The position numbers and the translations under genes were made by a program. Shown one piece after another: positions 59,901 through 64,000 of a DNA stretch of 64,000 nucleotides. Every line of letters starts with the position of its first letter. Position 1 is the first letter of the stretch. Under the pieces are notes generated by a model, which had not been told where the DNA came from, did not search any database, and saw nothing but the letters and a program-made list of their open reading frames with translations. The stretch lies in the NCBI GenBank assembly GCA_965178125.1, contig OZ237745.1, forward strand, positions 1,054,001-1,118,000. Reading direction: 5' to 3'. Source of the stretch: Bilabrum cf. latius (lineage: Eukaryota).

Positions 59901-62900
59901 CTGGGGCGAGCAGGCTGCAGCCAGACGGCGGATCGGCCTCCCCCGCAGTGGTGAGGCCAGGGCGAGGGGCCGGTGCTGCAGGGGTCTCGGGCGCAAGCAG
60001 CTCAAGCGTACGCAGTAACGGCGACACTGGCGGGGGGCAAAGTGCCAAGGGCAAGCAAGACGAGGCCGAAGCCGGCTCCGAAGTCGGCTTGCCGTCCACG
60101 ATGGACGCCGCCACGAGGCTGCTGGCCACTGCCCTGCGCGCATCGGAGGACGCCCGGGCCAGGCAGGACGCCAGGCTCAGGGGCCTCCTCGCCGAGCTGG
60201 AGGAAGCCAGGTTGCTCCAGCGCCAGGGGGCGCGAGGCGGTGCTGGTGCTGGTGCTGGTGCGGATACGTCGGGAAAGGCGAAACAGGAGGGGGAACAGGG
60301 GCGGCGGTCGTCCCGGGACTAGGCGAGCTCCTCGTCGCCTGCTGCTAGTGATGTGAGCAATACTGCTGCCGCCGACTAGTAGGAGAATGCTAGTGGCAAT
60401 GAGGAGGAGGACAAGGAGGAGGATGAGGAGATAGCACGGGGTCAGCTCGTGACCCGGCTGCAGGCAGAGGTGGCCAAGCTAAAGAGGGACAGGGAACGGC
60501 TCGTGAGCTCGGCCCGCAGGCAGGGGCAGATCCTCTCGGAGCTCAGGGGCCAGCTCGCCGCTTCATCTGCGGAGGCAGCCTCGTCCTCGTCCCCTGCCTC
60601 GGCAGCGGTCGCTGGCAGGAAAGAGAAGGGTGAGGGGGGAGAGTCCGAGTCCGGGCGGCCCGACCTCGTGGAGGAGCTGCAGCAGCGGGACCTCGAGCTG
60701 CGGCGGCTGCGCGAGTCCGTGGGACATCTGGACGCGAGGGTGGGTGAGGCAGAGAAGGGCCGCATCGATTGCGAGCGGCGGCTGGCGGTCAGCATGCAGG
60801 AGGCCTCAGAGCTGTCCGCCGAGCTGCGCGCCGCAGAGGCCCGGTGCGCGGACCTCGACCGCTCCGCCAAGACGCACGCGCTGGCGGCCTCGGAGTGCAA
60901 GATCGCGCTGGATCTCAAGGCAAAGAGGGCCGAGGACCTCGAGGCCGAGTCAGCGAGGCTGTAGGGAGAGCTGAGGGCAGCGCTCGCCGCCATCGAGGCA
61001 GCCAGGGCCAGGGAGGCGCAGAGAGCGGCAGCGGCGCAGAGGAGGTTCGGGGCAGTGGTGCACAGCCTGCAGCAGCTGCAGGCCGTGTCCCCTCGCAAAG
61101 CAGCATCACGACAGGGGATGGGGCCAGGGCCGGGCGAGTCCTCCCACGCCCCGCAAGCAGCCCATCAGCCGCGACATCGCACCGGTTCCGGTCAATCGGG
61201 CCCCACCACCGCCGCCGCCGGAGACCGGCAGGGGCAGGAGCAGGACCGTTTCGCGGCCAGCGCGGCGGGCACAGCCTCCCAGCTGATCGAGTCGCTGTCC
61301 CCGGTGCGGGCTGGCGGGCGCGGCCAGGGCGGAGCGTCCGATCGCGCGCAGCCGTTGGAGAGTCACGGAGCCGAGGACTCGCTGGCACTTGTGCACTCGG
61401 ACGGCGGTGACGTGGACGTGGACGTGGAGGCGACGGTGGGGCAGGCGCTGGACAGCGCGGCCGCAGCCGCCGCTTCCGAGGCCCGCGAGGAGGCGGCACG
61501 ACTGCGGCTGCTGCTGCGGGAGGTGCGGATGGAGCGCGACTCGGCCCGCGGTGAGCTGGATCGACTCCTGGGCGACCGGGCCACTGCACAGGAACAGGCC
61601 GCGCACGCGAAGAGGCGCGCGGTGTACGCCGAGCGGAGAAGCGAGGACCTGAGCGCGGAGGGCGAGAGGAACCGCTCGCGAGCCGAGTCGCTGGAGAAGA
61701 GAGCCAGTGAGAGCAAGCAGCTCCTGCAGTCCCTGGGCGAGCAGCTGCGGCAGCGCCTGCTCCAGGTAGCCTCCCTGCGGAAGCAGTCGGATCTCCTGTC
61801 GGAGCAGCTCAAGGCCGAGCGAGCCCGCACGTCGATGCTGGAGAACAAGCTGCTGGAGGGGCGTGGCAAGCTGCAGGAAGACTTGGGCGAGCGCGTGCGC
61901 CGCATCCGGGAGGAGATGGTCGCAGCCAGGGAGCAGATGGACGCCACCGTGAGCGGCGCGGTGAGGACCCGGGAGCTGGCCTGGCAGGCCGAGAGCCAGG
62001 ACGCCGAGGCGAGGCATCGATCGGAGCTGTTCGAGCTGCAGAAGCAAGTCACGCAGCAAGGGGACAGCCTGCGGGCCGCGAACCGCCGCCTGGCCCGCGC
62101 GACGGCCGAGCGCCGAGAGGCGGAAGCCCGCGCGGAGGCTCTGCTGCGAGGCATCGAGCGGGTTTGCGTGGGCCTCGTAGCGCCATTTGATGAAGCTGCA
62201 GAGAGAGGGGAGGGGCGCGGGGAGCTAGTCGGCCTACATGACAGCGTAGACCCGCGCAGCGCGGCTCTGCTGGAAGCAAGGAGGGTGCGTGACGAGCTGC
62301 AGCGCACTGTCCTGGAGCTGCAAACAGAGTTGGTCCGGGCGCAGACGCAGGCACGGCCCGCACAGGGAACAAGCGGTGGAGGCCACAAGAAGCTGCAAGC
62401 AAAGGCTCCCAAAGGCCAGGCTGCGGCGAGTGGAGGCGCAGACGAGGCCAGCGGCAGCGGCGGAGGTGAGGGCTAGGAGGGGCCCGGAGTAGGCGACAGC
62501 GTGCTGCTGGACGACTCGCTCGCGGAGCTGCAGGCCCTGTGGCGTCGCAGGGCGCATCAGGCGCAGGCAGTCTCCAAGGGGGCACTCGCGCAGCTGGAGG
62601 CAGCCAAGGGCGAGGCTGCGCGGTTCGCTGCAGCGGCGATGCTCGCGCACGACCGGCTGCGGCAGCTCGCGAGAGGGCGGATGCGGGCAGCAAACGTGAA
62701 CGGTAGCGACGATGTGGACGGCGGCGGCGAGTCGGGGCATCGGGGCGGCAGGCGCAATGGGAGGGACGCCGACGATGATGGGGCCGGCATCGGGGACCGG
62801 TCGGGCCCCGTGTCCCGAGCCTCCTCCCGGCGGTCCTCTGCCGGCGGCCGCAGTCGGAGCCGGGGCGGTCAGCAGAAAACCGGTGGTACCGAGGCTGGCA

Positions 62901-64000
62901 AGTCCCACGGCCAGGGCTCCAGTGCTGCGCGAATGAAGTAGCAGGAGCAGCAGCAGCAGCAGGAGCAGAGGCGGTCTGCGCCGAGTGCATCGGCGGCAGC
63001 TGCTGGCCCAACTGACTCAGCCGTAGATCGGATTCAGAGCCTTGGCGCACAGGAACTTCCCGCCGGCACGCAGCATGACACCGAGCTGCTTGGCCCGGCC
63101 GCTGCTGGCCGTCCCGACTCTGCAAGCAAGGCAGGGGTCCAGGAGGAGGACGGGCCGAAGAGTAGTATCCATGTCTAGCAGCATGAAGTCACCAAGAGCT
63201 TGAGCTAGAGCGGAGGCCCCTCCCTTCGAAGCGCTGAAGGTGCTGACGGTGGGACAGATACTGACGGCACCAACAGCAGCCCCATCGGCAAAAATGACGA
63301 TGCGAGCGAATCTCCCAGCAGCAGCACCAGCGAAGGCGCCGACAGCCGCGGGGCGGTCAGCCTCCCAGCGACCATTGGCGGCCCAGGCGCTAGCGCATCG
63401 AGGACGCCCACACCCTTCACCACTTTCTCCAGACCCTCGTACCTCGACTTCGACTCTGGCCGCCGCATGGACCGCCGCGAGTCCTTGTCTAGAGACGAGT
63501 CAGGCATGGTAAGCCCCATGGACCTCGGTGGCGGCGGAAGGGGCGAGCAGGGCCCTGGGACACCGGGTGCAGTGGAAGGAGGAGGGGCGAGGGCAGGAAC
63601 ACCAAGTTTGCAGGCAGGCGCACAGGAGGAGGTGCCACGGATGAGTGCACTCAGGGGCATAGCATCCGCGGTGTCGAACTGTAAAAGCAGCTTGCCGCCA
63701 CAGGCGCAATTGGTGCAGCCAGCAGCCGGGGCACACTTGCCTGTGGCGGCGGCGCCGCGCCTGTCCCCGCGGTCTGCAGGCAGCCCAGGCAGCCCCGGCA
63801 GCCGCAGCACCAGCGCGCCCATCCGAATGGAGTCCCCCGAGGGATAGCTCGATTCGGATTCCGAGTCGCTTCCGGACGGAGGCGGTCCCCCGGGGGACTC
63901 CCCCGAGGGCCCCGTGGGCGAGACAGCCGTTGGTAGCAAGCAAGGATAGTACGTGTTCGCTGATGCAAGCGCGGGCGTCTAGGGGCCGGAGCATCCGCAC
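56928..64000 (+). CDS. Large coiled-coil, low-complexity protein (>2,300 aa) running off the window end; tentative first exon 56928-56951, main exon from 57044
   Basis: ORF pieces 57038, 58094, 59126, 59336, 60449, 61055, 62501 and 63467 share one frame, separated only by TAG. The sequence is rich in E/A/R/Q/L heptads. Confidence 0.78.

Overview
GC-rich, gene-dense eukaryotic nuclear DNA with few short GT-AG introns. Histone signatures (H3 FQGSAVLAL...GERS, H2[11 protein letters not shown]) suggest a stramenopile-like protist; this is an inference. The main result is an apparent non-standard genetic code: about 60 hand-counted in-frame TAG codons interrupt seven otherwise continuous genes and sit where Gln is expected, while genes end only in TAA or TGA. 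This points to UAG=Gln with UAA still a stop. Read this way, the ORF fragments join into ERGIC3, CNOT2, a ~3,490-aa FG-GAP/Calx-beta protein, a ~3,370-aa TOG/XMAP215-family protein, a ~1,200-aa unknown, an SK-type K+ channel and a large coiled-coil protein; a spliced RPL37 has no TAG. Positions 15.1-36.3 kb hold a 22-gene core-histone cluster of divergent H2A/H2B and H3/H4 pairs, arranged as 5,475-bp and 3,013-bp tandem repeats around a ~2.9-kb inverted repeat. The cluster includes one H2A.X-like gene and two copies of a mucin-like membrane-protein gene. Every histone gene has a shared TCATTCCAA 5' motif and an invariant non-canonical 3' hairpin, GGTGTTCAATTAAACACCACC.
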